Positions 1 to 13,265 of a DNA stretch of 64,000 bases are shown piece by piece. Origin of the DNA: Octopus vulgaris (taxonomy: Eukaryota); NCBI GenBank assembly GCA_951406725.2, contig OX597831.1, positions 68,262,001 through 68,326,000 on the forward strand. Reading direction: 5' to 3'. Below the pieces are notes generated by a model. That model searched no databases. It was given only the letters and a program-made list of their open reading frames with translations, and was not told where the DNA came from. Position 1 is the first letter of the stretch. Each line of letters starts with the position of its first letter. Both the position numbers and the translations under genes were made by a program.

Positions 1-363
1 TATCGATCTATTGCATTTCAATCTGTTTTAGGGTTAGGTTTAGTTAGGGTTGGTTAGGGTTAGGGGTGGGGGGAAGGGTATCTTTTTTCTTCAGAAATGT
101 AAATAAACCCAATCTGTTTCTTAAATGAGGGACATATTCATACGGCACAGAATGTTTTCACCTCAAAAACTCGTCATTGATTGGTTGAAATTGCCAAAAT
201 TGAAGAAAATATTTTACAAATATTTTACAAACTATAGAATTTTCCCAATAAAGCCAAGAGAAAAAGATGTTTTATAAACATATTCTACCAGTATATGAAG
301 TTTAAAATTTTTTAGTTACCTAGAAATTATGTTTAAAAACTGCCGTTCAAACCGAAAAGATCC
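1..363. mobile_element. MITE with GGATC-terminal TIRs and internal TTAGGG repeats (copy cut by window start)
   Basis: Ends in the TIR aaaactgccgttcaaaccgaaaagatcc. It is the reverse complement of the complete copy at 15291-15703. Degenerate TTAGGG run at ~28-65. Confidence 0.85.
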
Positions 364-1050
364 ATAATCTGTATCAGCCAATACGTTTTGCTACTGTGAG
401 GAACAGGAGACATTGAATAGTGATATTAGAGAATTAATATTCTGAGGGGTCAATTACTTAGGTAAGATCTGAACTTTAAGATCTTGTGCTCCAATAGTTC
501 AAACTCTAACCATGCAGCCATTATACTCCTTTACTAACGACTATGTATTTCAATACAGATAATTTATAATAGTGGATTGAAACTCTCCTAGTATACTATT
601 GTTAGCTGTTTTATCAATCATTGGATTGAATTCAAAATTGGTCTCGTCAGCATTTGGACTATGAATATAAAGACAATATAACCAAGTACCCAAACATCTC
701 TGCTAACTTGCTATCCTTTTCTATTTTAAATAGTAATGCTTACAGTTACAAAGTAATGTGAAACAAGTTTATTAGTTAGACACTCTGACATAAAAGCCAT
801 CTAATTTTGATCCTAGCTGCTTTATGTTTAACAATCTAATTTCGATGGCAATTGAAGAAATTTTCCTGGCAGACATTTCATGGCAGACATTAGCCATTTT
901 AAGTTTGAAATAAATTGTCTTGGAATTATAACATATATTACTGGAGGAATCAAATAAATTGATAAGAATATTCTTAAGTGAGAACATATATCTCAAAATT
1001 TGTATGATAGATAAAAATAGTTGCTTGACTATCTTGATAGTATTTTCTCA

Positions 1051-1400
1051 TTTTACTTGTTTCAATCATTAGACTGCAACCATGTTGAGGCATAACCTTG
1101 AAGAATTTTAGTTGAAGGAATCAACCCCAGTTCTTTTGTATTTTTTTAAGCTTGATACTTATTTTATTGGTCTCCTTTGCTGAACTTCTAAGATACAGGA
1201 ATGTAAACATACCAACACCAGCTGTCAAGCAGTGGCAGCACGTGCATGCGCGCACACACACACACACACGCATGCACACACGCATGCACACATGCATACA
1301 TACACACACGCACGCACGCATACACACACACACGCATGCATGCATGCATACACACACACGCAGGCATACACACACACATGCACGCATACACACACACACG

Positions 1401-1451
<51 letters not shown>

Positions 1452-1638
1452 GCACACAAACACACGCACACACACACGCACACACACCAGGCTCTTTTCA
1501 GTTTCTGTTTACCACGTCCACTCACAAGGGCTTTGGCTATAATAGAAAACACTTGCCCAAGGTGCCTCACAATGGGACTGAACCCCAAACTGTGTGATTG
1601 GGAAGTAAGTTTCTTACCACAACAGTTGTACCTGCATC
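1051..1638 (-). mobile_element. SINE family A (older copy) with expanded internal (CA)n/(CACG)n microsatellite
   Basis: Matches the other family A copies (head ...gtggtaagaaacttacttcc, tail ...tgaaacaagtaaaa on the minus strand). Microsatellite at 1240-1487. Confidence 0.85.
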
Positions 1639-1814
1639 TATATGTTGGAGAATTACTGGAAACGTGCTTTTTAATGCAGTACATATCAACAAATATCATT
1701 TTACCCGAGTCCTTTCCATTACTTGCAATTCTGTGGCTGATGACACCAAAATTACAAAGTTAACAAAACATTGACAAATTATGCAAGTAAACCATATTTT
1801 CATATGGTCTCATC

Positions 1815-2042
1815 AGGCGAGTTGGCAGAAACGTTAGCACACCAGGCGAAATGCGTAGCCGTATTTCGTCTGCTGTTATGTTCTGGGTTCAAATTCCGCC
1901 GAGGTCGACTTTGCCTTTCATCCTTTTGGGGTCGATAAATTAAGTACCAGTTATGCACTGGGGTCGATGTAATCAATTTAATCCGTTCGTCTGTCCTTGC
2001 TTGTCCCCTCTGTGTTTACCCCCTTGTGGGCAGTAAAGAAAT
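1815..2042 (+). mobile_element. SINE family C (tail type 1)
   Basis: ggcgagttggcagaaacgttagc head and gaggtcgactttgcctttcatcc core. 15-bp TSD atattttcatatggt at 1794-1808 and 2045-2059. Confidence 0.9.
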
Positions 2043-2614
2043 ATATATTTTCATATGGTACTTATTTTACTGTTTAGTAGACTGAGATGGTGTGAGTTCG
2101 GTCTCATGACTTTGGAGCCAACTCCAAGCTGGAAATGAGATTTTGGTCCTTATCATATCAGATATCAGTAGCTGTTTGACATGGCTCTATAAATCTTTCA
2201 GCTTTTTATGCATAACTGTATAATTTGAAAACCTTGATATGCTATTTATTATCTGTTTGTTAATATCTGTAACTATGATAGCATATGAAAAAAAAAAAAT
2301 CTATCACAAACATTAAGGGAAAGCTGAAGGGAATAGCAATAGGTTGGACATGTGCTGTTGACTGGTTCTAGATTTACACTTCAGAAATGGCATTCAACAC
2401 TATTAGGACAACAAAGACATGAGAAGGCTTAATGCTATGTCCAAGGGAACACTTTTGGAGAAAACTGAAAAATTTGTCAATAGAATAAATAACAATTCCA
2501 GGGCTACTCCACATTTTGCAAGAGGAAACAATAAATTGTATTGACTGCTGTACTTATTTTATCAGTCATTTAAGGATGACAGGTAAAGCTGACTTTAGTG
2601 AAATTGAACTCAGG

Positions 2615-2618
<4 letters not shown>

Positions 2619-2652
<34 letters not shown>

Positions 2653-2806
2653 TTGTGTACAGTGCTCAGGTGCACTACAACTCATCTAAAGTGTATATAT
2701 AATCAGGTGTAGTTTCGGCGGATTTCGGAAAGCATGAGGGCCTTAAAGGATGCAGTGTTATGGCAGTCAACAACTGACGCAGGCAGTTTATTCCATGCTT
2801 CAGCAA
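2619..2806 (-). mobile_element. 3' end of a CR1-type LINE with (TTA)n tail
   Basis: Minus strand reads AEAWNKLPASVVDCHNTASFK (WNxLP motif of CR1/L2 ORF2 C-termini). Near-identical to 8542-8678. Confidence 0.7.
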
Positions 2807-3048
2807 AATATATAGCAATGTAGCTAAATACAATCAAAGTATTTTGTCCACCATACAATCAAATCTGCTAATCCACCCCACTTGGTAATAAATAATATAA
2901 TTTGTGTAATATAGGTATATAATACAGTGTACATCATATGAAAATCTTTCCTTCATTGAAATTTAAAAACAAAAATCAGTTTCCTGTATTTCTATGAAAA
3001 ATACTTTAGTGATATCTGCTCTTTGTTCTCTCTTTCTCTGTCACTCAC

Positions 3049-3070
3049 TTGCTTCCTCTCTCTCTCTCTC

Positions 3071-3108
<38 letters not shown>

Positions 3109-3150
3109 AAATAGAGAGAGAGAGAAGGAGAGATAACTGTGTGTGTGTAA
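3049..3150. repeat. Compound microsatellite (CT)n(TA)n(GT)n(GA)n
   Basis: Seen directly. Confidence 0.9.
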
Positions 3151-3625
3151 GTATGGGTATGGAAAGAGAGTCAGTAAAGAAGTAATATATTTGATATGCA
3201 CAGCTGACGATGTGTAAACTGTGATACACTACATGACTATGAAACCTTCAATAATTATTTCTTTCAACAAATTCTTTAATGGATAGTGCTACCATTAAAA
3301 CCATTTCTATTTACTTTTGTTTTGCATTTATATTGATTTCTTCTCACCATTTTCAATAGGTGTTTGGTAATATAATTGGTTACTTTAACCTCAGTATATT
3401 AATTTGTAATTTTTCTCATACGTCTCAGGGGTTAAATGGGCCAGATTTTACTCTGCAATGATTAAAGGTGGTAACTTTTCTCCCAGATAAAATGCCAGTC
3501 TCTTACATTTAACTTTCTTATATGGGAAGCTGTAATCAAATCTATCCACAAACAAATCACTCATCAGTTTTACTCTGCTGCTGTTGCTACTACATACAGT
3601 GGTGAACTACTCCACACTGAGCAAC

Positions 3626-4015
3626 TGTGGAGGCGCAATGGCCCAGTGGTTAGGGCAGTGGACTCACGGTCGTAGGATCGTGGTTTCGATTCCCAGACCG
3701 GGCGTTGTGAGTGTTTATTGAGCGAAAACACCTAAAGCTCCACGAGGCTCCGGCAGGGATGGTGGTGATCCCTGCTGTACTCTTTCATCACAACTTTCTC
3801 TCACTCTTACTTCCTGTTTCTGTTGTACCTGTATTTCAAGGGGCCGGCCTTGTCACTCTCTGTGTCATGCTGAATATCCCCGAGAACTACGTTAAGGGTA
3901 CACGTGTCTGTGGAGTGCTCAGCCACTTACACGTTAATTTCACGAGCAGGCTGTTTCGTTGGTCGGATCAACTGGAACCCTCGTCGTCATAACCGACAGA
4001 GTGCTTCCATCCATC
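3626..4015 (+). mobile_element. SINE family B (tRNA-Arg-like head, tail type 1)
   Basis: A box tggcccagtgg and B box ggtttcgattccc. 11-bp TSD cactgagcaac at 3615-3625 and 4016-4026. Near-identical to 14591-14976 and 56048-56430. Confidence 0.9.
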
Positions 4016-6530
4016 CACTGAGCAACCTACTTTTATATAAGTAGACTAAGTCAGTAGAAGCTATGTGTCTGGCCCATAAGTGCACTCCAGTTCAGGCTAT
4101 TTGCAACTAATTTCTAGCAATTATTTTCTTAGCCTTAGAGAAAAGCCAAACCAACTCCAGGAAAATTCTATTTCAGGATATGGAAATGCTAGATTAATTA
4201 CTGATCCTCAATGAAACAATACAATACTGAAATGGAAACAATTGATTGTATTTACTTCAGTATCAGACTAGTACTTATCTTATACAACCTGGAAAAATGA
4301 AAACCTAAAGTTGACTTTGTTGAAACTCAAACACAGAATATAAAGGAATGCAACTAAATACTACAAAAAATTTGTTTGGCACTTTACCAATTCTTCCAAT
4401 CCATTCTTTTGTTTTTAATGTTACAACAGTCTTTCATAAAATATTGCTTCTTGTAGATCAGTCACTTTCAAGAATTTCTATGATTTATTACCATATGATA
4501 ATATTGAATGATTTAAGCCAATCATTTTTAATATCATTTCCACACCCATGTCTATTACTGTTGGTGCATTTTTGTTCAATTCCCAGATATTACATTTATA
4601 TTCAAAATGTTTTCTCATTTCTTTACACTCCACTTCTAATTTATCACATATTTTATTACCATATTTTCTTTTCTGCTATCAATCTTTATAATTTGAAAGA
4701 GTTTGTATATTTTGTTACTTTTACTTTTGCAAACCTGTTCGTATAGATATTTCATATGTATACCAGCACCAATGTCTGGACTGATTTTCAGTGTGTTATT
4801 ACTTTGTATTTTTATTACTAAGATTCATTTAAGTTGCTGTTATTATCATGACACTTTTGCTGTCATTGTGCTGTCAGTTGCAAAATATTCTTATAAAACA
4901 AACAATTGAAACCAAGATATTTGTAATTTTGTGACAATTTGTAACAGACTTATATTTTAGGAGAAGAGGGAAAAAGATATTGACATCCTAAAGCTAAATA
5001 TGTTTACTTTAATCGGGAATCAAAACAAGACTATTATCTTACTGCATAGGTAATATGCCTCATGCCATTGTGCAATTTCTGTAAACTATACGTGTGACAT
5101 TCAAAATGCAGTGTAACTAACCATATCAAATGAACAGGAAAGGAGTTGCATTACATGCTATGATAAAATTTCAATCAAGCATAAAATATTGCATGTTATA
5201 TCATTCATGACGAAAGTATCATGGTATGTAAGGCTACAAAGTGTTAAATATCAAACCCCTGTCCTGAGATATATGCCCAAAAGAAAATCTCCAAAAGAAA
5301 CCATGCATGTCTCAGCATCAAAGGAGAATTCTTGCTTATAACCCCAGTATCTTTTGCTCAGCTACTAGAGGAAACCTACAGCATTGTTTTTGCCATTGAA
5401 AAATAATTGCAATTTTCCAAGAGTGTGTTACTAGTAACTTGCAAAAGCTAGACATGCTTAAAACTCTTGCAAGCAAGCTTTGTGATTATGTACACCCACC
5501 CTCTAAAAGAGATTCATAGAAGTTAGTGTTTGAACAAATGCTCATTCATACTCACAATTGTCAGAAGCTGAGAACACTGACATTGTACATTCTTGGTTCT
5601 GAGTTCAAATACCTTCAAAACAGATTCTCAAATGTCCAAGTCTATAGTTAAGTCCCAAGCATGTGTATTATTGAAAACTTAGAATTAGTCCCAAAGTGTT
5701 TAGCCATTTTCCCTGAAAATATCACAGTTAACTGATTTGATCAACCAGTAGTTATATTGTTAATGGTTTGTTCCTTGTAGCTACCACTATTTTTTGTCCT
5801 TTGTTCAAGAAGGAAGTATTTGCTCATGACCTATTTACAGAGCCTCTAAAATTAGTGAGAAAGAAAGATAAAAAGGTATCTTTACATTACAACAGAGATC
5901 TTTTTACTTTGCATTTACCAGATACACAGCAATTCATTAAACTCTTCTGAGAGTTTTGTTTAAATAATTATAGAAGTAAGCCAGCACCAACCTTAATGTC
6001 TATATCTTGCTTATTATTAAAAAGAAGCTTATGCTTAGCATGAAACATTAAAGGTAAGCAAGGTACCAGGTGGGAGTTAGCACTATCACTTTAGCACCTT
6101 GGATGCCTTCTGAAAAAGTGGTAACAAATTAAGTCTACCACTCAAGAACTAGATAAAAATTCATAGCTATCACCATAAATTTAAAGAAAATTAATTTGTA
6201 GCTGTTTTAAATGAAAATTTGAAATTATAAAGAAAAATATTGAAGATAAATCATCTTCAATATTTTTCTTCAAAAGGAAATGTTTTATTTGATAATATTT
6301 GCATTTTGAGAAATTACAAAGAATCTTATAAATTAACTCAACTGAGTCTGAGGGCTGAAGTCTGTTTTATATTTTCCATGACAGCATGAATAAGATGAAT
6401 TTTATTTAAACAGTTGTCCTTTTTTACAAACTGATGACTTTTACACTAATGATTTCACAGAAATATATCTGAAAAATATTTGTCTTCATAGTTAAAATTA
6501 TTCTTTAACATAAATTCCTTTTTAATAACA

Positions 6531-6721
6531 GTTGGTGGCATGTAAAAAGCACCCACTACACTCGCGGAGTGGTTGGCGTTAGGAAGGGCATCCAGCCGTA
6601 GAAACTCTGCCAAATCAGACTGGAGCCTGGAGCAGCCCCTGACTTCCCAGATCCCGGTTGAACCGTCCAACCCGTGCTAGCGCGGAAAACGGACGTTAAA
6701 CGATGATGATGATGATGATGA
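6531..6721 (+). mobile_element. 5'-truncated RTE LINE 3' UTR with (GAT)n tail
   Basis: ggttggcgttaggaagggcatccagcc...ggacgttaaacgatgatg matches the 3' end of the RTE at 39200-43281. Confidence 0.85.
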
Positions 6722-7772
6722 TAGTCAATAAAATTAATGCTCACTTATTACTTGTAATTATTTTATAAACCCCCACACTAATTAAATGCATTGCTGTGTA
6801 CTTGGGAAATATAAAGTAAATAGGATTCTGTTGGCTTTGATTATAAATAGTAAGTTGTTTGATCAACTGAATTACTTGCTCATTGAATGTTCAGAATACC
6901 TGTAGCCTTAACTTAATTCTTAAGCAATTACCAGCAATGATAAAGTGTGTCAAGGATGGGCCTTTAAATTATAGGCATGATCTATCTTTCAGGCTTCCAC
7001 ATATTTCATCTTTACAATTTCATATAAAAAACTTAAGTCAAATACACTTGTTAAATACACTTGCTTAAATTCCATACACTAGGATTGAACAGAGGACCTC
7101 ATGAATGTGAAGTGAACCTTTAAAACCAATTGCCCATGCTACATTCAACCAAGAAAATATCAGCAGCTGTTTGCTGTAAACAGATTAGCTTAAGACCCTG
7201 CAGTTCACTTATAAAAGCAGCTGGGTTCTTAATGATTTACTTTTAGCTACAGTTTTCATTGATGTCCTCCTTAAAGTCTTTTGTTACTCAGAGTCCCATG
7301 ATCTCTGAGCCAGAACTTGTTGATCTCAGGGCTTTAAGCTGATAAAATATGAATTTCATCGATGCAAGTTTGTCAATATTGTAGTTGGTAGACTGAACCA
7401 TTGAGAGTTAAGTTTTTTGATCCTTGACTCGTTGCAGCACTGGTAATAGAAACTGATATTTTAACTGGTTGTACAGGGGCTTAGTATCTCACCCATTCAC
7501 ATTCTACAACTTGTAATACGAATCTTAAACTGTAGAAAAGATAAGAGAAACTTAAGCATCTCCAATTTATTATACCTCACTTTGGAAGACCAACTAGCAC
7601 TTTCACTGCAGTAATGTGGTGCAAAAGTTCCAATTGGTACAAACTATTATTTTTATGTTTCATTGACAGCAAATAGAAATCAATCAATTAGTTTTAAATT
7701 GATCTCTTTACTTTATTGCCATTTAAATTTCTCAAACCAAACTTGTATTTAATAAGAATAAAATTGTATTTT

Positions 7773-8188
7773 CAGGAGTGGCTGTGTGGTAAGTAGCTTG
7801 CTAACCAACCACATGGTTCCGGGTTCAGTCCCACTGCGTGGCATCTTGGGCAAGTGTCTTCTGCTATAGCCCCGGGCCGACCAATGCCTTGTGAGTGGAT
7901 TTGGTAGACGGAAACTGAAAGAAGCCTGTCGTATATATGTATATATATATAAGTGTGTGTGTATGTGTTTGTGTGTCTGTGTTTGTCCCCCTAGCATTGC
8001 TTGACAACCGATGCTGGTGTGTTTATGTCCCCGTCACTTAGCGGTTCGGCAAAAGAGACTGATAGAATAAGTACTGGGCTTACAAAAGAATAAGTCCTGG
8101 GGTCGATTTGCTCGACTAAAGGCGGTGCTCCAGCATGGTCGCAGTCAAATGACTGAAACAAGTAAAAGAGTAAAAGAGTAAAAGAGTA
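7773..8188 (+). mobile_element. SINE family A
   Basis: A box tggctgtgtgg, B box ggttcagtcc, internal (TA)/(TG) tract, (GTAAAAGA)n tail. Confidence 0.92.
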
Positions 8189-8541
8189 TGTTGAATTCAA
8201 ATGTTGATTTTAGTTTCCTGATTTGACCTGTTATAATTGGTTATTTCTGTCTGAAAATACACATATAAATACATTGACATTCTAATTTGTACATGAGACA
8301 TTTTTAATAGCATCAGCTATCAAAAGTAATCTGCAAGTAATATAATCTTTTGATAAAACCCAAGTATTATCAATAGTTATAAGACATGATATTTTGAATT
8401 ATGAAATGGGATTATAAGATGGCAGAAATGGAGCCGTGTATGACTAAATATCTTACAACACTTAAAATCAGAGTTCAAATGTTTCCAATATTGACTAAGA
8501 TTTACATTTCTTCTGAGTCAATAAAAACCTATAATATACTA

Positions 8542-8678
8542 TGACTGCCATAACACTGCATCCTTTAAGGCCCTCATGCTTTCCGAAATCCACCGAAACT
8601 ACACCTGATTATATATAGACTTTAGATGAGTTGTAGTGCACCTGAGCACTGTACACAATTATTATTATTATTATTATT
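8542..8678 (+). mobile_element. 3' end of a CR1-type LINE with (TTA)n tail
   Basis: Reverse complement of 2619-2770. Confidence 0.7.
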
Positions 8679-9111
8679 AAATGTCCATATCAATCCAACA
8701 TCAATAAACTCTTAAGTGAGGCCTTGTGCCAGTTTTTGAAGAGAGTATGTTAAAAGAAACCAGTATTAGTATAGTCTAAAGGAATTATAAAATGCTTTTG
8801 AATATGTATTCCTTGTCACTGGAGAATTTTAGAATATAACATGCTATGTCTATATACAACTTCAACAGAATTGGATAAATATGGTTAATGAAATTGCCTC
8901 CAGTCAAAGATTCTCAAAGAGATGATTTAGTGATATTTGTATATGAACCCATAAATAATTGTGAAGACTTTAGACTGCAGCACTGTGAAATCTGCAACAA
9001 ATCTGTCAATTTTTAATCTCAATCTATTGATTCACAGATATCAGTAAGTGGATATATTGAATGAATAAGCTGATACTCTTCTCAAAGAGTTTGTGGAATC
9101 CGTGTAATGTA

Positions 9112-9364
<253 letters not shown>

Positions 9365-9735
9365 TTAAATTGCTAAGTAGTGGCCGCTAAAAGCCAACAA
9401 TATATTCTCATTCTCAAATCAAAGAACAGTACGAATGGACACATGGTTGAATAGCCAACACTAATGTCAAGTAGTGTTTATTTTATATGGACTACATAAT
9501 TTGATATTACAGCATTATCAACACATATATTATTCAGTTAGATAATCATTTATTTCTTTGTTACTAGTATGAACGACTCCACAACAAAATAATCCCTGTA
9601 GATAATGTCTGACTTAATGGAATGATCCTTTACAGCACTTAATATTGTTATGTATAAATGATGTGTATTCTCAACATGTAATAAAATGTCAGTGTCCTCT
9701 GACTTTTATATCTTCCAAATTTCTTGAATTAACAG

Positions 9736-9736
<1 letters not shown>

Positions 9737-9791
<55 letters not shown>

Positions 9792-10020
9792 ATGTGTGTG
9801 TATATGTTTGTGTGTCTGCGTTTGTCCCCCCCGCCAACATCGCTTGACAACCGATGCTGGTATGTTTACATCCCTGTAACTTAGTGGTTCGACAAAAGAG
9901 ACTTATAGAATAAGTACTAGGCTTACAAAGAATAAGTCCTGGGGTCGATTTGCTCGACTAAAGGTGGTGCTCCAGCATGGCTGCAGTCACATGACTGAAA
10001 GAAGTAAAAGAAAAAGAAAA
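9737..10020 (+). mobile_element. SINE family A, 3' half starting at the internal (TA)n
   Basis: Matches the 3' half of 7773-8188. Confidence 0.88.
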
Positions 10021-10239
10021 ATTAAATAAATTTCATCGTGATTACAATTGTTTCTTTAACATATTTATCTGCATTAAGTACTTGTAATGGAATACATAAA
10101 CTAAACAAATAAAAAATACCCTTAGGGATTTTTTCTATTTTTTTCCTTTTTAAAACTGAATTTATATTTGCATTTTAAAAAGGATAAAGATTGCATAAAA
10201 TGAAATATTTTCAACGTAGCTACCAATATTTTAATATTG

Positions 10240-10422
10240 GTTTCAAATTTTGGTACAAGGCCAGCAATTTCGGAGGTTGGGGTAAGTCAGTTTCATCAAT
10301 CCCCTGGAAGTATGAAAGGCAAAGTCAACCACAGTGGAATTTGAACTCAGAACGTAAAGATGGATGAAATGTCACTAAGCATTTTACCCAGTGTGCTAAC
10401 TTTACTGCCGCATTGCTGCCTT
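10240..10422 (-). mobile_element. SINE family C (tail type 3)
   Basis: 16-bp TSD caatattttaatattg at 10224-10239 and 10425-10440. Tail ...aaattgctggccttgtaccaaaatttgaaacc. Confidence 0.8.
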
Positions 10423-11689
10423 ATCAATATTTTAATATTGAGCATAAACTGAATATGCAAATAAAAACTGTGTTTGTATTTTTAAAATAAAATCAGAAAC
10501 CAAAAACAGTCTTGATTTAATTTTGAGTCATAAATACCTCATTTTGGAAAGATAGAAGTTTATTTACATATCTACATAAATATTTCTTGTTATAATTTAT
10601 TATAATTTAGTAAACTTATAAGCTACAGTAAAATTTTAATTTTTGTTAAGAATTTTGATTGTTAAGTAAGTTTTGGAAAGAAAAAAATTAAGATATTTGG
10701 TGGTTGTCACCTCGAAGTAGGTATAACTGTATTTTGTTTTCAGTTTTTAACCTTGCCTACATGTACTGAAGTATTGAAATAAATTATTTGAACATAAAAT
10801 TAAAATAAAAGTTTGTTATATATGATTGGCAGAAAATAAGATGAAATTGCAACTTTATCTCCTAATCAGAATTTATTGTATATATTTGAATGCCTATATA
10901 ATGATTGTATACAACTGAATATAATGCAAGTCCTACAATGGAACTTGAAAATGTATAAAACGAGTAATTCATTACTGTCCTACTCTATGTAGTTTATATC
11001 AGCTCATGACATTTCTGTTGTTGTGAGTGTAGTACTATACAGAAGAATTCACCATGCATATACAGACTATAGCTTTATAGAAATGCTCATTAAAATTTTC
11101 CTAGGGAAATTTACAAATTCTCCTTGACACAAGTAAGCTATCTTCTCTGTGATTTATAATTGGGCCAGAGAGGTTGGTTGTATTGTGTACTTTTCCCAGA
11201 GAACATGACAAGCATGTAACTCATCATAATTTACTATCATTGTAAATTCTCAAATGAAATGATTGCCTATGAATAAAGTAGTTATATTTTATAAATAATC
11301 TGTTATTATAAATATATAAATTAAAAAAAAATCTAGAACAGAATATAACAGAACACTAGATTAGAACAGAGTAACATTATTTATCTATCACTCTTGATGG
11401 TAACATTAGGGTTACATTAATGCTGACTGATGTCCTATGCATAACCCAGCTATGGTTCCTTCCAATCCTTCCATTCTCTAACTGACCACTCATTGAAACA
11501 TAATAAATACAGAAGAAATGAAATAGTCTGGGTTTTTTTTTCAGGTCAGACCCTACAATTATAATAAGTCTAAACTGCTTTTTAATTAAATGTTTAACAC
11601 TAAATATAAGCAATATAAGCAAGTTGTTTATTCATAACAAGGGCAATGAGAAAATTGCTAACTTGTAACTCTATATTTTCGTAATTCAT

Positions 11690-12150
11690 TCATCTATCCA
11701 TCTTCTCCACCCTCTATTCTAGAGAGGGTCAGGGGTGGGGTAGTGTCTTCAGGAAACTTCTCCATAAGGTCCTATTTGAATCATCTGATGTTAAACTTTT
11801 GGCAGTTTTGCCAAGCATGACTGAGAGTATGGATATTATTCAACCATGTCATTTTGGACCTACCCTGTAGATCTCCTGTTGGTTGGCTTGGTTTGAAGAA
11901 TTTGTTTTTCAATTCCTTCTTGTGACATTCTAATCACATGTCCATAGATCTTTAATGTGAAGAAGTAATGGCTTGACTTGGAGAGACTCCTTGATTTCTG
12001 AGCTATGCACCCTATCACGTAACATTACTCTAAAGATCCTTCGGAGGAACCCTATTTTGGCTACTTGTATTTGTACCACACATTCATGTGCCTTTCCGAG
12101 GTCTATAAAGCAAGCATACAAATCTTAGCAATATTCCACAATTTCTTGAA
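11690..12150 (-). mobile_element. Internally deleted RTE-type LINE remnant
   Basis: YACFIDLGKA (RT region) is joined to FLRRIFRVMLRDRVHSSEIKESLQVKPLLLHI (RTE C-terminal region). Confidence 0.7.
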
Positions 12151-12238
12151 GACTTTGCCTTTCATCCTTTCAGGGTTGATTAAATAAGTACCAGTACCAG
12201 TTATACACTGGGGTCGATGTAATCGACTTAGTCCTTTC
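12151..12238 (+). mobile_element. SINE family C fragment
   Basis: gactttgcctttcatcctttcagggttgattaaataagtacca core. Confidence 0.75.
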
Positions 12239-12254
12239 CTTAATCCTCATTATC

Positions 12255-12960
12255 ATCATTATTATTATTATTATTTATTTATTTTTTTGTATACACACAA
12301 CAGATTAAACAGTTGGAATAGAAAAAAATCCTAAAATCGGGCTACAACAACCTTAGTAACCTTAGATGCCAAGAACCCTCCTAAGTATCCTAGCTGTCCC
12401 TAATAACACTGTTTCCTGGAGCTGTACTAAACTGGGTTTTATGTCTAGTTCTTCTATCCATCTGTTCAGATCTTTGGGGATAGTTCCCAATGCACCTATA
12501 CCTACTGGGATACATTTTACCTGCACTTTCCATAGTCTCTGTAATTCAATAGCTAGGTCCTGGCACTTGGCTATTTTTTCTATACTTCTCATATTGATTT
12601 TTTCATCATTTGGGACTGTAAAGTCATTTATCTGATACTTTCTATTCTCTTTATCTACTACTACCAAATCAGGCCTTCTAGCTTCTATTACTCTATCAGT
12701 CTGAATGTTAAATTCCCACATCTTGTATTTCTTACTTTCTAGTTGTTTACTAGGTTCATGTTTACACCATTTATCAGTATGGTCAAATCCTAGCTTTCTA
12801 CACAGCTCCCAGTGGTTTGCTCTCCCTAGTTTGTCATGTCTTTTCTTGTATTCTTTCTGTGCCATGTAATGCTTTCTCTTCTGATTTGCATAATCTACAT
12901 TGGGAACCTACTTGGTTTGTATCCAATTAGTACTTAATGCTTGATTTTGTGCAGCTACTA
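12255..12960 (-). mobile_element. Dong/R4-clade non-LTR retrotransposon 3' fragment (restriction-like endonuclease domain)
   Basis: ORF 12362-12865 has RHD, RRPDLVVVDK, EKIAKCQDLAIELQRLWK and IPVGIGALG motifs. Upstream AAQNQAL and CRLCK are a zinc-knuckle remnant. The 3' end runs into (TAA)n. Confidence 0.85.
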
Positions 12961-12998
12961 ACAAATTCTTCTTCTTCTTCTTAGTAGTAGTAGTAGTT

Positions 12999-13049
<51 letters not shown>

Positions 13050-13053
13050 TGTA

Positions 13054-13265
13054 AGGTGGTGAACTGGCAGACTCATTTGCATGCTGGGCAAAATGCTTTG
13101 TGGCATTTTGTCTGTCTGAGTTCAAAATTCCACTGAAGTTGACTTTGTCTTTTATCCTTTCAGGGTTGATAAAATAAGCACCGGTTGAGCGTTGGGTCAA
13201 TATAATCGACTTACTCTTCCTTCTCCTCCTAAAATTGCTGGCCTTGTACCAAAATTTTGAACCAT
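13054..13265 (+). mobile_element. SINE family C (tail type 3) between (TAG)n and (TTA)n tracts
   Basis: Family C head and core. Same tail as 10240-10422. Confidence 0.8.

Noticed and set aside
28-72. Telomere or chromosome end
   Set aside because: A short degenerate TTAGGG tract that is internal to a MITE also present at 15291-15703.
1121-1763. Long His/Thr and Cys/Val-rich ORFs (also 19768-20542, 9061-9390 and 31534-31791)
   Set aside because: They are translations of dinucleotide microsatellites, open in several frames on both strands.
3629-3700. tRNA-Arg gene (also at 14592, 30380-30452 and 56050)
   Set aside because: The tRNA-like head continues into a shared SINE body with TSDs and lacks a proper acceptor stem.
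3711-3992. Recurrent 83-93 aa ORF (MFIERKHLKLHE...) found three times
   Set aside because: It is a chance frame within SINE B copies, starting at GTG, with no protein motif.
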